The notes under the pieces were generated by a model that did no database searches, was not told the DNA's origin, and was given only the letters and a program-made list of their open reading frames with translations. Position numbers and translations under genes: made by a program. Below are positions 11,562 through 24,843 of a DNA stretch of 64,000 bases, piece after piece. The stretch covers positions 2,232,001-2,296,000 of the forward strand of contig NC_058383.1 in the NCBI RefSeq assembly GCF_018350175.1. Reading direction: 5' to 3'. Source of the DNA: Felis catus. Taxonomy: Eukaryota. Each line of letters opens with the position of its first letter. Position 1 is the stretch's first letter.

Positions 11562-11724
11562 AAATGGAGCCAAGTGGTGGGAGTGTCACTTCTTGATAAC
11601 CCCAGGTGTTTGAAGAAGACATTCTTGATCTTTCTCCCAAGACATCAGGGAAGGACAGCTTCTAAACCCTTTCTCTGGGTTAAAGTGCAGAAATTGGAGG
11701 GATGAAGGGCCTGGTCATACTTAC

Positions 11725-11770
11725 TCAGTGATGTGGGTGGAGGTTTATGGAAACTTTTCCTTTCTGCTTT
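11725..11770 (-). CDS. IQCE: IQCE coding exon 3 (KAERKSFHKPPPTSL)
   Basis: tttcag|AAA ... CTG A|gtaagt; 46 nt; matches human KAKRKAFHKPPPTSP. Confidence 0.95.
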
Positions 11771-13104
11771 CTGAAAGGAAAGAAACGATGTAAAGCACGT
11801 TGAGCCTTCTTGAGGAGCCTGATGGCCCCAAAAGTGAAGCACAGGCATGTTCAGGACGGGTCAGAGCAGGTGCAAGGGCAGCGAGAGAAGAGGTTAACTC
11901 AGCAGAGACACGAGTGAAGGCCGAGCCCAGGAAGAAACACACAGCACAGCGAGGTGACCCCGGAAAACGTGATCCGTGCGGTGTTCTGGCTGCACTGGGT
12001 TCCCGGGAGCTCTCGGGACACTACCTAGAAGCACACGGAAGATGCCACGCGAACAACTATCTTCGGCCCCCCTGACTGTCCTCAGGCCAGTGCCTGTAGC
12101 CCCAAGGTGTGACCGTCCACCAGGATGGACTCGGCAGGAATACGGCAAGTACAAACCCCACTGGGGAGGGACGGTCCTGCACGGGAGGGGCCCTGTCGGA
12201 ACACCGTCTCTCAGGGCAACCCTGATGCCAGATGCAGAACTGGGCCTTGCCTTGTGCCCAGGGAAAGGACAAACCTCATCAGCTTCCTCTTGGACAGAGA
12301 ATCCCTCTTCCCTCCCTTGCAGCAGAACCGTGAGCCCTGCCATCTGAATTTTCCCTGGACATGAGCTGGATCCCTACTCCTCCGGGGAGCATCTCGGGTC
12401 CACGGCCTCAGTGGTGTTGAGGGAACACCCCTAATCTGCAGAGGTCCCTCACTGCAGACAACGGGTGCGTGATGTTCCCCTTAGAGTGCACAGAGCCGAG
12501 GTGGAATGGAGACCTGCTGGTGCCACGTGCCCTCAGAGCCATGTGCTGAGGCTCGTCTGTGACTCTGCCTGCTGGACACGTGCCTTGTGCTCTTTTTTTG
12601 TGACCGCAAAGCCGGCAGGCTGCGCGTTCTACTCAGCACGGCTCCCCAGACAAACCCAGACCGGCCAGGCTGGGGGCTGCTCTGCCTTGGGACCCCTGCT
12701 GGCCACTCTCCCTTCAGGCCACTCCTGGCATCCAGGGGACCCTGGGGCCATCGTGCCAGGACATCACACACCGCCAGAGCCGCGGCTGCCAAAGCGAATC
12801 CCTTCTCCAGCCTAGAGCCCTCTCCCCCCTTCATGCTACACCAAAACCAGAAGCAGGATAAGAGCTTAGAATGTGCCTCAAATATACTCTGCTCACAACT
12901 AACACCCGGATACAAGTTTTAAAATTATAATCACGGTTACCTATACCAAGCAAGGGCTCAAAACTCAAGTGCAGAGTAGCCCCTAGAGTGTGTATTCCGG
13001 CTCTAAACGTCACGTTTGCGGAAAGAGCCGGGGGCGTGTTTGGTAACGTGTAGGGGCCAGATAACCAGCAGTGGGACAAGCGGCTGTGCCCCGATCACAC
13101 TCAC

Positions 13105-13152
13105 CGTCTCAAAGTCAGAGTCAAAGGTCATTGCGGATAGACTGTCATCTCC
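13105..13152 (-). CDS. IQCE: IQCE coding exon 2 (GDDSLSAMTFDSDFET)
   Basis: ttccag|GGA ... ACG|gtgagt; 48 nt; matches human GDDSLSAVTFDSDVET. Confidence 0.95.
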
Positions 13153-16149
13153 CTGGAAGAAGAGATGGAAACAGTGAAATTTTAGGGAACCTGCCTGGCC
13201 CCCCACGGTCACACGTACAAAGTGAAAACAGCCCATCCACGGCTGCTGAGGCAGTGACTCAAGAAACCCACTCCGAGTTAGCTCAGAACATGCAAAGTGG
13301 GCAGCGGCCAGCCCGCTCGGTTGCAGCCCAAAGAACGGTGGCGGACGTGACACAAAGCTCCACCCGCTCGGGCTGCTCCACATCTGTCCACCCAGAGGCA
13401 CCACATCCAAGGATCCGCTATGTACTGTCGATAAAGAAACGGTTTTGGAGAAAAGGAACGTGTCTCACATCGTTTAAATGCTCTCTTATTCATCTTCACA
13501 TCAAGGCACAAGGGACCTGGGACTGGATCCTGACAAGAACAAGTCAAAGTCATTTAAAAACACACGCGCATTAATACATGCCTTATTTGGCCATAGAAAC
13601 CTTCCTGCCCGGCCGTGGGGGGTAGAGGAAAACCTGTACCGCCTAATTTCAGTACGAGGATGTCATTTCCCAAGAGAAGACTGTTTCTGTGCTAACTCAC
13701 TTACTCAGTTTTAAATCCTAAAAAAAGGGAAAGGAGGAACACACATAAACCCGTAAATCCCCTCTGATCGCCGTGCTGTTGACTCGCGGTGCGGTTGCCG
13801 GGAGTTAGGAACTGACACCCGTCCTGGGAGCCGAGAAGGCTGTGTCTGGCTGGTGAGCGTGTCTCAGCAAGCCGTGTGGGTGCGGCTGAACCCACACGGT
13901 GTCGTCGTGGGACTTTGCTGCCTTCTGAAAAGCACGAGTACGGACTAAGCCATATGGCCATAGTATCAGTACTTTAAGGAACAATTCTTCCAGCAGATGT
14001 TCCACTGGAAACATATGGCCGTGCCAGAGGGGTGGGGGGTGGGTAAGGTATCGCTGTCGGGACGGGGCAGCCCTCCAGCCCAGCGATCTGAAACACAGGG
14101 TCCGGACTAAAGGTGTGGCGTGACCTGATGTGGGACGGGGGGAAGGTCGTGTGCCCCAAATAAACAGAATCTTCCATCAGCCACTGACGGATTTTCTGCG
14201 CCATCTCACAAGTGATGTTTTAAGGCACAACTAGCACGTGACGATCACAGAGCGTCTTCCTTGAGCAAAGCGTGTGAAAATGATGCCCAACGTTTAGGAA
14301 GGGAAGGCAGCAGGTTCAACGTGCAGATCCCGTGCCAGATCTGGGGAGACACGGTGGCGACCGCGCCCTGGCATCGCAAAGGACACGCCTGCCGACGGCG
14401 GGTGTGGACCCGCTGGAAACCGCACAGAGGAGGAGCGACGGCTTTCTCTGTGGACGCTCGTCATCATTACTTGTTTAATGGCCTGAAGGCTCAACAGGGA
14501 AACGAGGCTACCTGTGTGGTGGACAAAACCAAGGGATCTGTCTCCCACAGGTGCGCTCAGCCACCACGCCTTCGCTCCCTGTGCCCGCCAGTCCTGCCAG
14601 ACGGGACGGGACAGGACGCGGAGCCGCTCCAGGCTCACCTCTTCAGGCTGCAGCAGACAGACCAGGGGCTGCGTTAAGACAGTGAACGCGTCGATGTCTC
14701 TGAGCACAGTCTGAGCTGCCGCACCCCTTCCCTGGGCGTCGGGAGCCCGGGGCGGCCGCGGGGCAGGCGGGCGGAGAGCCCGACGGGGCCCAGAGCAGCA
14801 TCGTGCCTCCCCGCCGGCTGTGTGACGTTGGCCACACCACTGACCCTGTGCATCCCAACTTCCTCAACAAAGGAGAACACGTTCCTCTACCGGATTTTCA
14901 AAAGCACTAGAAGGATATGTGTACTAAGCAGACACTGGGAAAAAAGAGCGGGTCTCGAAGGAGACGGGGGAGCCTGCGGGGATTCAGTACACGGTGTCGG
15001 CGAAGAAGGAATACGTTCCCTAGGAGTGGTCTTCCAGAATAATGGGGTGAGGAGCTCGGACGACTGTCTCCTCAACAGACAGCCGTTTAACACAGAAAGT
15101 CATCAAACAAACAATCATTTGGGTTTCTGGAAACTGGCCTAAGGGCAGAGAGCAATGGAGGAGATTCACTCAAGAAAATCTACTAAATCTGGGAGAGAAC
15201 AGTCCGGGGCATCCCTTGCCCCCCACCCCCAGCCCTGTCCCACGGGAACTACTCCAGGGAGATAGGCTCTAGGTGGGTGCAGGCAAGACAGTGGTGAACG
15301 GTGGGGGAGATTCCCTGCGCCCAGAAGGAGGGTGTAAGCCCTACCCCAGGAGCAGCCGACTAGGAATTCGAGGTCCCCAGCTTGCTCGCAGGGCAGAAGT
15401 TCCGCTCAGGGAGGGTCAGGCCCCCACCTCCCGGCACCACAACAGGACTGTCACTCGAGGAGGCCGTCCCTGCTGTTGGCCCCGTGCGGTAGCACAGGGG
15501 ACTGGCTGTATTTGTAGTGCATGGTGGAGGATCCCAATGGCTCCCTAATTCCAATGCCAAGTTGAAGACAGTGGGGACGTGGTGGGGAGCCATGACAGGG
15601 CCCTCCTAGCTCTGTGACGGCAGCAGCAGGAAGCCAATCTGAAGAGCAACCGGAAGCTTTAACAGAGCCCAGAAGAGCCTTCCTGGGGTCACAGTCGACC
15701 TTGAGGGCCAGGGAGGCTGCCTCCAAGTGCTAGACCGCACGCACGTGGCCGTGGGCTTAAGGAGGGCTTGGAAACACTCCCCACACACCTAGACCAACCC
15801 TGGCTGAGGGGTCTTAGCACAACCTCGAAGCAAACACTGGCTGGACAAGAAACCACCCCGCCACAAGAGCCGCTCCCCGGGAGCCAGGCCTAGAGGTACA
15901 ATATCTAGAGGTCCGGAGGGCACGTGCGCGTCTAAGGCTGCCCGTGCAGGGGAGACGGAGAGGGGCAACCCAAGCTACTAGTCCCTGGCTGCGGGTGGGC
16001 AAAACCGTAAAGTCGCACACTGTGACAGCAGCCTCCAAGCCACACGCACACAGATGCACACGTGCGGGCACACACACGCCCACACAGGCACACGCAGTGT
16101 GACAGGCCAAGGGGCTTACCCACAGCCGTTGATCAAAAAATGGCTTCTG

Positions 16150-16369
16150 GGGGCGCCTGGGTGGCGCAGTCGGTTAAGCGTCCGACTTCAGCCAGGTCAC
16201 GATCTCGCGGTCCGGGAGTTCGAGCCCCGCGTCGGGCTCTGGGCTGATGGCTCGGAGCCTGGAGCCTGTTTCCGATTCTGTGTCTCCCTCTCTCTCTGCC
16301 CCTCCCCCGTTCATGCTCTGTCTCTCTCTGTCCCAAAAATAAATAAACGTTGAAAAAAAAAAATTAAAA
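16150..16369 (+). mobile_element. Young Can-SINE (SINEC_Fc) with perfect TSD
   Basis: CpG-intact head GGGGCGCCTGGGTGGCGCAGTCGGTTAAGCG; TSD aaaaaatggcttctg at 16135-16149 and 16370-16384. Confidence 0.96.
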
Positions 16370-18899
16370 AAAAAATGGCTTCTGTTGACCCAAGGGTGAC
16401 CCCTAGGTAGTGAAGTTAAGAGAGATGCAAACAAGACAAAACCTGCAGGGAACCAGAGGCTGCACAGCGCGGGCGGGAGGACCTCAGAGTTAGTCCAGCT
16501 AAGTCACTCACCAAACACGGACCACCAAGCAAACACCAAGCCCATGGGGAGGAGGGGTGGCGACCCGGGGTCGCTGTCACATTCCATCTAAATGTCTAGC
16601 TTCCGACAGGAAACCATGAGATACCCAGAGAAACAGGAAAGTGTGATTGTTAGAAGGGGGAAAAAAGCAGAAATAGAAACTTCTGAAGGAGACCGGATGA
16701 GGGACTTAGCAAGGACTTCAGAGCAGCCATTATAAATATGTTCAAGCCGTGGTGCTGTGAGGCTGCAGGGTGATCTGGGAGGCAGGAGAGCACAGGAGAT
16801 TGTGAGCCAAAGGTCGGGGGCAGGGCTGGGGGGAGAGGAGACCTGAGGTCTGGGCCAGGGGGCTAATAAAGCACGCGACATAGAACCTTACACATAGTAA
16901 ATGTCTAATAAATGCTCTTCTTGTCTCGTTCTAGAAACTGTGAGCCTTTTTACGAATGTTGGCCCTTAAATCACCCGTGGCCCCACTCAGGCTCTACGTC
17001 ACCCCCGTGGCTCTGTACTGCGGTCAGCAGAGCTGCTTACAGCTGCCGCACGGTGAGGCCCCTGGCACACAGTAAGTGCTCTGCGAAAGTTCACGAGCAA
17101 GCCCAGAGGCAGCTCTATTCCAAGGGACTTGAGAGAATGGACAGACTGGACAGTGCCTGCTCTCAAGAGGTTCTTGTCTAACTGAGCACAGATGCAAGCT
17201 AGCAGAAAAGCCGCAAGTTAGCCTGGACCAAGGGCGTCTCCTAGACGTGGAGAGACCTTTGCAACAGTTTCTCCACCAGACCGAACTCCTGGAGACCAAG
17301 GCAACATGGCTTAACTTGTTCTGTGTGCTCAGAGCCTCACACGTAAGGGGCTTAGCAAATGTTTATGTGCGCAAGGATGTTTATAGCAGCACTGTTTCTA
17401 ATAGCTGAACAGCGAAAACAAAAGAGTAAAAAGCAGGGAAATGGGTGAAGACAATAAGGGCATCCACAGGTTAGACTTTTTCATATCATGCTCGTGAAAA
17501 CGTGCGGCTGCGGGAAAACGCTGACAACAAATTAAACAGTAAAGGTGACAAAACGAGTCAAATATGCTCTCAACTTTTTTCAAAGGTGCGTGGAAAAAGA
17601 TGCATTGCAAAAAGATTGGAAGGAAATCCGCTAGATATTGACCAGGTCTTGTGCAGGTAAACGGACTTTCTAAGTTTTCTCTAACGGTCATGAGTTTTAC
17701 AATCACGACATAAAACGTCACTTTCTAAAGATGAAGGACCCGTGGCGGTAACTGAGTCCCATGTAGGTGGGCGGGCCTCCCAGATGAGGCAAGACTCGCT
17801 GCCTTGAGGGACAAGTTCAGTCGCTCCCAGGGGCCAGCAGCATTGAGCCTGGGCCCTCGCTGTCCAGCCCAGCTGAGTGCTGCCCTCTCAGTGAGAAGGA
17901 AGCAAAGTGAGCAAATTTCCCTCTGTCTGGAGCCCTCCCAAGGCTTCTCACCCGCCTGCAATAAAATCCACGCTCCCTGCGTGGCCTGCACGGCTCCCGT
18001 GGCCAGGCGGGTGCCCACCTTCCATGCACACCCCTTTCCCCCAGGAGGTCCCAGCAAGCTTTCGTGCAGGCGCTGTGCCACACCCCACTCTCCCATCTCA
18101 GGACCTTAGTACATGCTGCTGCCCCACTGCTCTCAGGTCTTTACCAGCCTGTCTCCTCCTCGTCCTCATCCAGGGCGTCCTCAGAGCGGCTGCTCCGGGC
18201 ACCCCGTCTAAAGCAGCCCTCTGCAACACCTCCATCACATGGGGTCTGTATTATTTTCTGCACAGCTCACTCTCTGAAGTGATCTTGACGCTCTGTTTCC
18301 TGCCTTCTTCTCCCCCAACGGGAATGCCACTTACCCACGTGGATACCTCCCCTCCAGCGGGTAGTGGGCGCTCCCAAAACACTTGGAAAAGGCACGAGCG
18401 GACAGCACGTTTGCCCTCACCCAAAGGAGTAAACCTGGGGACGCCTCCCCCGGGGAAGCCTTCTCCCATCAGCGCCGGGCAGGGCACTGTTGTCGGGGCC
18501 GGGGGTTTCCCCCCTGGACACCCAGGCCGGCCGCTGCCCCCCGCCCCGGAGGCACGGGTGGGCCAGCACTTACGCAGTAAGCTCCGTCGCCCCGCGGACC
18601 GCGGTAGCAGGCTCGGCACAGGCCGGGGCCTCGAAGGAGGGCGCGGCGTCCGGGAGGGCTTCCTGGAAGCGGCGGCCTGTGCACGGGCTGGCGGGGTCTA
18701 GGGGCAGCTGGAGACTGGGTGAGGGGCAGCGACGCCCGGCCGGCTGCACGCGGGCGGGGGCCCAAGGGTCGGTCTTATGCGGTAACAATAATGGCAGCTG
18801 TCACCCGGCGGCCTCCGGCCGTGTGCCCCTTCCTCCGGACCGCGCCTGGCCCCGAGAGCCGGCGAGCTGGAGGGAGCGAGGAGGCCCGCCCGCGCTTAC

Positions 18900-18935
18900 C
18901 GTCTCCGAGGCCGGATCCGCGGTGCCCAGTGACAT
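18900..18935 (-). CDS. IQCE: IQCE coding exon 1 (MSLGTADPASET)
   Basis: gcagccATG TCA ... GAG ACG|gtaagc; 36 nt; matches human MFLGTGEPALDT. Confidence 0.9.
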
Positions 18936-19059
18936 GGCTGCGGCGCCGCCCGGCCGCCCCTCGGCGCTGCGGGCGCGATTGTCCGGCTGTGCGGCTCCGC
19001 CGGCGGCCCAGCCGCCCGCAGCCTCCGGACCTCCCTGCCCGCGCGCTTGCCGCGACCCC

Positions 19060-19073
19060 GCTGCCATGGTAAC
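19060..19073. promoter_or_regulatory. RFX X-box (GCTGCCATGGTAAC) in the IQCE promoter
   Basis: Fits the GYTNCC-AT-GGNAAC X-box consensus; IQCE is a ciliary gene. Confidence 0.7.
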
Positions 19074-20594
19074 CGCGCCGCTCGCACAGCCCCGGATGTG
19101 GCCGGCGCCCGAGAGCCCGGCCGACCTTGCGCGTGCGCCGGGAAGCCCGAGGGCCGACCCGCAGCGCGCCCAGAGAGCCGAGGCTCAGAGCCCTGCCGTG
19201 CTGAAGCCTCGGGAACGCGCTTAACGGTTCCCGGAGTGCGTCCCCCGCCTTCTCTCGTGGAGGCTCCGCGACAAGCCTGTGCGCCAGTCACAGAGCAGGA
19301 TGCTGCCGTTTATTAGGTTAACGCTAAAGGGGACAAGGAGCTGATGCAGGCTGCTAGTTCTGGACACCCGGCGTTCAGAAAATTATCCTCCCTGATCTCT
19401 ATCTTAAGCTCTACGGTTCTGATGTAGTAGCCCCACGACAATAAATATACTGCGTTTGCGCTGCAACTCAGTGGGCATCATGAAGATCTTTAGGAACATC
19501 GGGCTCCAGAGTTTATTGAAATTATGATTAGCAACTATGCTTTTTCTTGCTCCTTTATACAGGTGTCCAAGGGCACGTACTCTGTCCCCTCACCCAGCTT
19601 TCTTTTTCCAGCCACCTGACATCTGTCATCTGCAAGAGCATTCCATGTCCAGAATGTAAGCTGTCTGGGGCAGGGGCTTGGTTTTGTTCACGGCCTTTTT
19701 TCCATCCCTTGGAACAGGGGCTGGCACAGAGCAGGTGCTCACTATGTATTTGGTGTCCGGGGAGTCCTTATAACTTTTGTGTGCTGCTGTTTCCACAAAT
19801 GTTGATAAATGGGTTGTTGTGAGAATCAACTGAGTCGATATCTGTAAAGTGCTTAGACAACAGTTGCCCATTCCAGAATGAGCGCAATGTGACACTTCTC
19901 TTGGTGTGGTGAACAAATGAATGAGTCCTCACCCACTGTAGCGTGTTGTAGCCGAAATGCTGGCAGATTATTACTGGTCTAGTTCTGGCACCAACATATA
20001 GTGCAGGTTCATGGCTCTCTTTTCGTCAGTGTCCTCACTTGTACACAAAGGGGGTGTGGCTCCCCACCGGCACAGAGAACCTGAACTGCTTATCTTAACA
20101 ACTTCCATTTATTTCCTCGAGGTATTGCCCACGTGGAGGACAAAAGCTTTTGCTACCTTAACTACCTATGCCCCTGTACCCCCTGCTCCACTCCTGGAGC
20201 TCCACAGTCCCCCTGTCCTTCCTGATTCTGTTTTTCACTTACCTCCTCTCATTTACTTACAGAGACAGTACATGTCCACGGCTTTTTATCTGCTGTTCTG
20301 AATTCGGAAAACTTTTGAAAGCCTTTCAGAATCCATTGATTGGCAAAACTGTTCTGACCTGAACTCATTCGTTGACAAAAGTCTGAGCTGAGGCTATTTA
20401 TGGTTGTTTATTTATTCCACCTGGAGTGTATATTAATGTGACCGCGGAACTTTTAATGCATTATACGGTGTACTGCATCAAACCCTGCTGGGATTGTAAT
20501 CTCACACACTTTACATGCACCACGTAGGTTCTCTTCAAGTGTGAACAATTACAAATTCTGACCCATGTGTCCCCAGAAGTTTCAGGTAAGAAAT

Positions 20595-20765
20595 TGTGGG
20601 CCTGTATAATCTGGTATTCAGCTCTGGAGTCAGAATGCCTAGGTTCAGATGCCAGCCGTGCCAGCCCACTGGCTATAAGACCTTAGGAGTTCGCCTCTCT
20701 GCACCTCAGTTTCCTCACCTGGGTGGATGGTGACAGTACCCACCCTCCTGAGGTTAGTGCAGAAT
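20595..20765. mobile_element. MIR relic interrupted by an L1 insertion (continues ~21259-21290)
   Basis: gctctggagtcagaatgcctaggttc...cctctctgcacctcagtttcctcacctg core. Confidence 0.7.
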
Positions 20766-20778
20766 CATCCGAGCTTAT

Positions 20779-21163
20779 TTTTTTTTTTAGTGGATGCATT
20801 TAATTTTATTTTTTAAAATTTACTTTCAAATTAGCATATAGTGCAACAATGATTTCAGGAGTAGATTCCTCAGTGCCCCTTACCCATTTAGCCCATTCTC
20901 CCTCCCACAACCCCTCCGGTAACCCTCTGTTTGTTCTCCATATTTAAGAGTCTCTTGTTTTGTCCCCCTCCCTGTTTTTATATTATGTTTGCTTCCCTTC
21001 CCTTATGTTCATCTGTCCTGTGTCTTAAAGTCCTCATATGAATGAAGTCGTATATTTGTCTTTCTCTGGCTGACTACTTTCGCTTAGTATAATACCCTCT
21101 AGTTCCATCCACGTAGTTGCAAATGGCAAGATTTCATTCTTTCTGATTGCCAAGTAATACCCC

Positions 21164-21200
<37 letters not shown>

Positions 21201-21245
21201 CACATCTTTATCCATTCATCCGTGGGTGATCATTTGGGCTCTTTC
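20779..21245 (-). mobile_element. 5'-truncated carnivore L1 3' end with TSD; contains (TG)n at ~21166-21198
   Basis: Poly-T start, L1 3'UTR sequence paralleling 25950-26440; 13-bp TSD catccgagcttat at 20766-20778 and 21246-21258. Confidence 0.9.
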
Positions 21246-21679
21246 CATCCGAGCTTATATTAAGTGAAGCACTGAGCACAGTGCTACTGTTAAGATGCTT
21301 TTCCCCAACAACTGCTCGATCATGCAAATAGGAGTATCCCCTTTTTTACAATGAGGAATCACAATTCGGGGAAAACTGTGTAGTTCAAACCTTTTCACCC
21401 AAATGCTTCTAAGGGGCGGGGTGTCCGAAGTGATTACCCATCGAAGTCCATGTTTTTAAAATTCCTTTTTATTTCAGTACCCGTAGGAATTTTGCTTTCT
21501 ATATCCTAACACATACCTGGTGTTTCCGCCCAGATCGTGCTGAGGCACTGACGCTAAGGGAAGATGAAACTGGGTTTTATCTACTGGCTTTGAGAACCTC
21601 TGGCACACAGCTAATGGGCCCTGAGGGCTCAGTTGTGAGGCCAAAGGACACTGTCTTCGCCTTAAGGATGAGGATGCCC

Positions 21680-22520
21680 CTTCCGGGACCTGCATGCCTC
21701 CCGCACGCCCAGACACCGAGTATCCAGGCGGACGAGGCCACGCCTCTTCCGGCCATAGCCTAGCTCCTTCCGCCGGAAGTCCCGCCTTCTGGCGCGATGC
21801 CCGCCGGGCGCTAGGGCGCGTACCACCGAGCGTCCCTGCGAAGGTGATGGGTCGGGGGTCACCGGATTGGCGCCGGCCTGTCTGAGGGCTTCTCAGCTTG
21901 AGCTCTTTTCTCCCGGGGCTCCCGGGTGGCCTTTCGGGGAGTTTCACGCTCTCCCCGGCCGCCGACTCTGCGGTCGCCCCCTCCAGATCCGGCAAGTGGC
22001 GCGGCCCGGGGCGGGGCCTGAGGCGGCAGAGGGACGCGGAGCTGGTGAGGGGCGCTACCGGGGAGGGGTGGCGGAGCTGGCGGAGTCGGGAAGAGGGGCT
22101 GGGGGCCCTGGAGGATCCTGGGGCCGGCCGGACTGCGGCCGCCGCCTCGTGCTCCCTCCGGGCTCTTCGGGAGGCCGGTGCCCGGCGCGGCAGCGGGGTC
22201 CGCAGGGAGGGCTCCCTTCTTAGGGACCTAGCCTCACCGGGGACGGACAGACAGACCCACTTCCGGCTGCGACCGAGCCACTGACAGCCCCCAGTTCCCG
22301 AGAGAACCCTCCCTGACCGCATGACCTCCGGGCTCCCCGTCCCCTCCCAGGTGGGACACGCAGGTGCACACCCCGGCCCGGGAGAGACGGGCCCGGGACG
22401 GAGCGCCTTCCTCTCTGCACACTGCTGGCTGCGGGGGTGTCGGTTACAGACTCGCTGACCCCGGGAGAGACGCTCTTGCCCTGTCCGCGCGGCTAGCGCC
22501 AGGAGGCACGCACCCCAGAC
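21680..22520 (+). promoter_or_regulatory. CpG island / BRAT1 promoter; probable non-coding exon 1 ending at ~21843 (AAG|gtgatg)
   Basis: CpG-dense; ETS/GABP motifs CTTCCGG 21746-21752 and CCGGAAGT 21773-21780; ATTGG ~21866; GC box ~22007; exon boundary inferred. Confidence 0.75.
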
Positions 22521-22777
22521 TGGCCCACGGGCAGTTTGGGTGAGCATCCAGCCGTTCCCCTCCCACCAGAGTCCAGGGTTGGCAGGCTCAGCACCTGAGA
22601 CCTCGTGGTTTACACCAGACTCCTTTCCAGCCAGGGCGGCCAGAACTCAGGGCCCCTGCCTGCTCTGGAACACCTCCCAGTACCACCCTGGCAGCTCCCT
22701 CGGAGGATTGTGGTCCTGCAGCGCCTGGCCTGCTGTGAAAGTTCTGGGGCCTGAGCGGACACCGGGGCTGCCTGTGA

Positions 22778-23110
<333 letters not shown>

Positions 23111-23407
23111 TGAAGCTTGAGTGAATGAGCAGGAGAACTTGATCTTGACGTTGTTAGGCTGCTTCCAGCCCTGATTCAGGCCTCCTCTTGTCCATTTCAC
23201 GCTAGAGGGCTGCAGAGGGCATAGACAAACTTACTTTGTTGTCATTGCACTTGCTTGTTTGAAGAAATCTTTTCTTATTATGAAATTAATACATATGCTT
23301 TAAACCTGGAGCAACACAAAGCCGTCAAGAGGAAAATTAAACCACTGGCAACTTGGTTAATTTCCTTCCAGCCTTTTTTCCTGACGTCATTCAGCTGTAT
23401 TTTTCTT

Positions 23408-23634
23408 TTCTCTTTTTTTAATTGTTTAATGTTTGTTTGTTTTTTTTTTTAATGTTTATTTTTGAGAGAGAGCAAGCGGGAGAGGGGCAGAGAGAGGGAG
23501 ACACAGAGTCAGAAGCAGGTGCCAGGCTCTGAGCTGTCAGCACAGAGCCTGACGTGGGGCTTGATCCCATGAACCTCGAGATCATGACCTGAGCTGAAGG
23601 CGGATGCTAACCGACTGAGACACGCAGGTGCCCC
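23408..23634 (-). mobile_element. Can-SINE
   Basis: Reverse SINE; flanking near-TSD cagctg(t/c)atttttctt. Confidence 0.92.
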
Positions 23635-24263
23635 CAGCTGCATTTTTCTTATAACAATGAAGTCACACTGTAAATACAATTCAGTGTCGTGCTTTTTCTC
23701 TGTTAACCATTGCAGAGGGCATTTTCTCTGTGGAACACATTGATTTTATTGACCGTGTGGCATTCCCTGTGTGCATGGACCATAATGGGTATAATCACAC
23801 CACTGCTATTAGGTGGTTGTGTTTCTCAGGTTCCTTATCGTAAATAATGCCGTAATGGCTTTCTTCGCATGCACATCTTTTCACCCACGTGTTTGATCTC
23901 TTGGCTGGTAATTGCCTTAGAGTAGATCCCGTACCGTTAATTTCTAATTGTTACTTTGGTCTATCCTGCACTTTTACTCTCTTTTGAGTTGAATATCTAA
24001 GTCTTTCTTGTTTTTTAATATAGGCACCCGAGGCTACACACTTTTCTGAAGGCATCATTTTAGCTGCGTCCTTCAAAATTAATTTTGCTGTAATTTATTT
24101 CCAACTATTTAATACTTTTTACTGAGATATTTATTCTTCACGCACAAATCATTTAAAAGGGTAATTTTTTAGATTTACAATATGGACTTTTTTCAAGTGT
24201 TTTTATTATTGACTTCTAATTTATTTCATTGGACTTAAAAACTATTTATGTTTTGATTCCTTT

Positions 24264-24491
24264 TTTTTTTTTTTAATTTTTTTTTTTTAACGTTTATTTA
24301 TTTTTGAGACAGAGAGAGACAGAGCACGAACGGGGTAAGAGCAGAGAGAGAGGGAGACACAGAATCGGAAGCAGGCTCCAGGCTCTGGGCCATCAGCCCA
24401 GAGCCCGATGCGGGGCTCGAACTCACAGACCGTGAGATCGTGACCTGAGCTGAAGTCAGACGCTCAACCAACTGAGCCACCCAGGCGCCCC
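24264..24491 (-). mobile_element. Can-SINE (SINEC_Fc) with TSD
   Basis: TSD tgttttgattccttt at 24249-24263 and 24492-24506. Confidence 0.95.
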
Positions 24492-24671
24492 TGTTTTGAT
24501 TCCTTTGTATCGAGGCTTTTATCACGGCAGAGGACACAGTTTTCCCAGACGTTCTGTAGATTTCCCTATATGCTGCTGTTTCTGGTATTTGTAGAGTCCT
24601 CAGTTGTGACCTTGTTTGTAGTCAGAGTTTGCAAGTTACTTTTAGACAGGGTTCTTTATTTGTTATTAAAA

Positions 24672-24843
24672 TTTTTTTTTTTTTTTTTTTTTTTTAGAGA
24701 GAGAGCACAAGTCGGGGAGAGGGACAGAGGGAAAGAGAGAATCTTAAGCAGGATCCACCCTCAGTGAGGGAGTTCAATGTGGGGCTCAACCCCACAACCC
24801 CGGGATCGTGACCTGAGTGGGACGCTCAGCTGACTGAGCCCCT
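24672..24843 (-). mobile_element. Can-SINE (degenerate, internally deleted)
   Basis: Poly-T, gagagag body, ...gacgctcagctgactgagcc. Confidence 0.8.

Larger units (their letters stand above)
18440..19280. promoter_or_regulatory. CpG island / IQCE promoter and first exon
   Basis: Dense CpG, very high GC, surrounds the IQCE start codon. Confidence 0.85.

Noticed and set aside
16150..16230. tRNA-like sequence with A/B boxes (also at the other SINE heads)
   Set aside because: tRNA-derived head of Can-SINEs, followed by a CT body, A-tail and TSD; not tRNA genes
21474..22547. 357-aa minus-strand ORF
   Set aside because: Spans the BRAT1 CpG-island promoter; no recognisable homology
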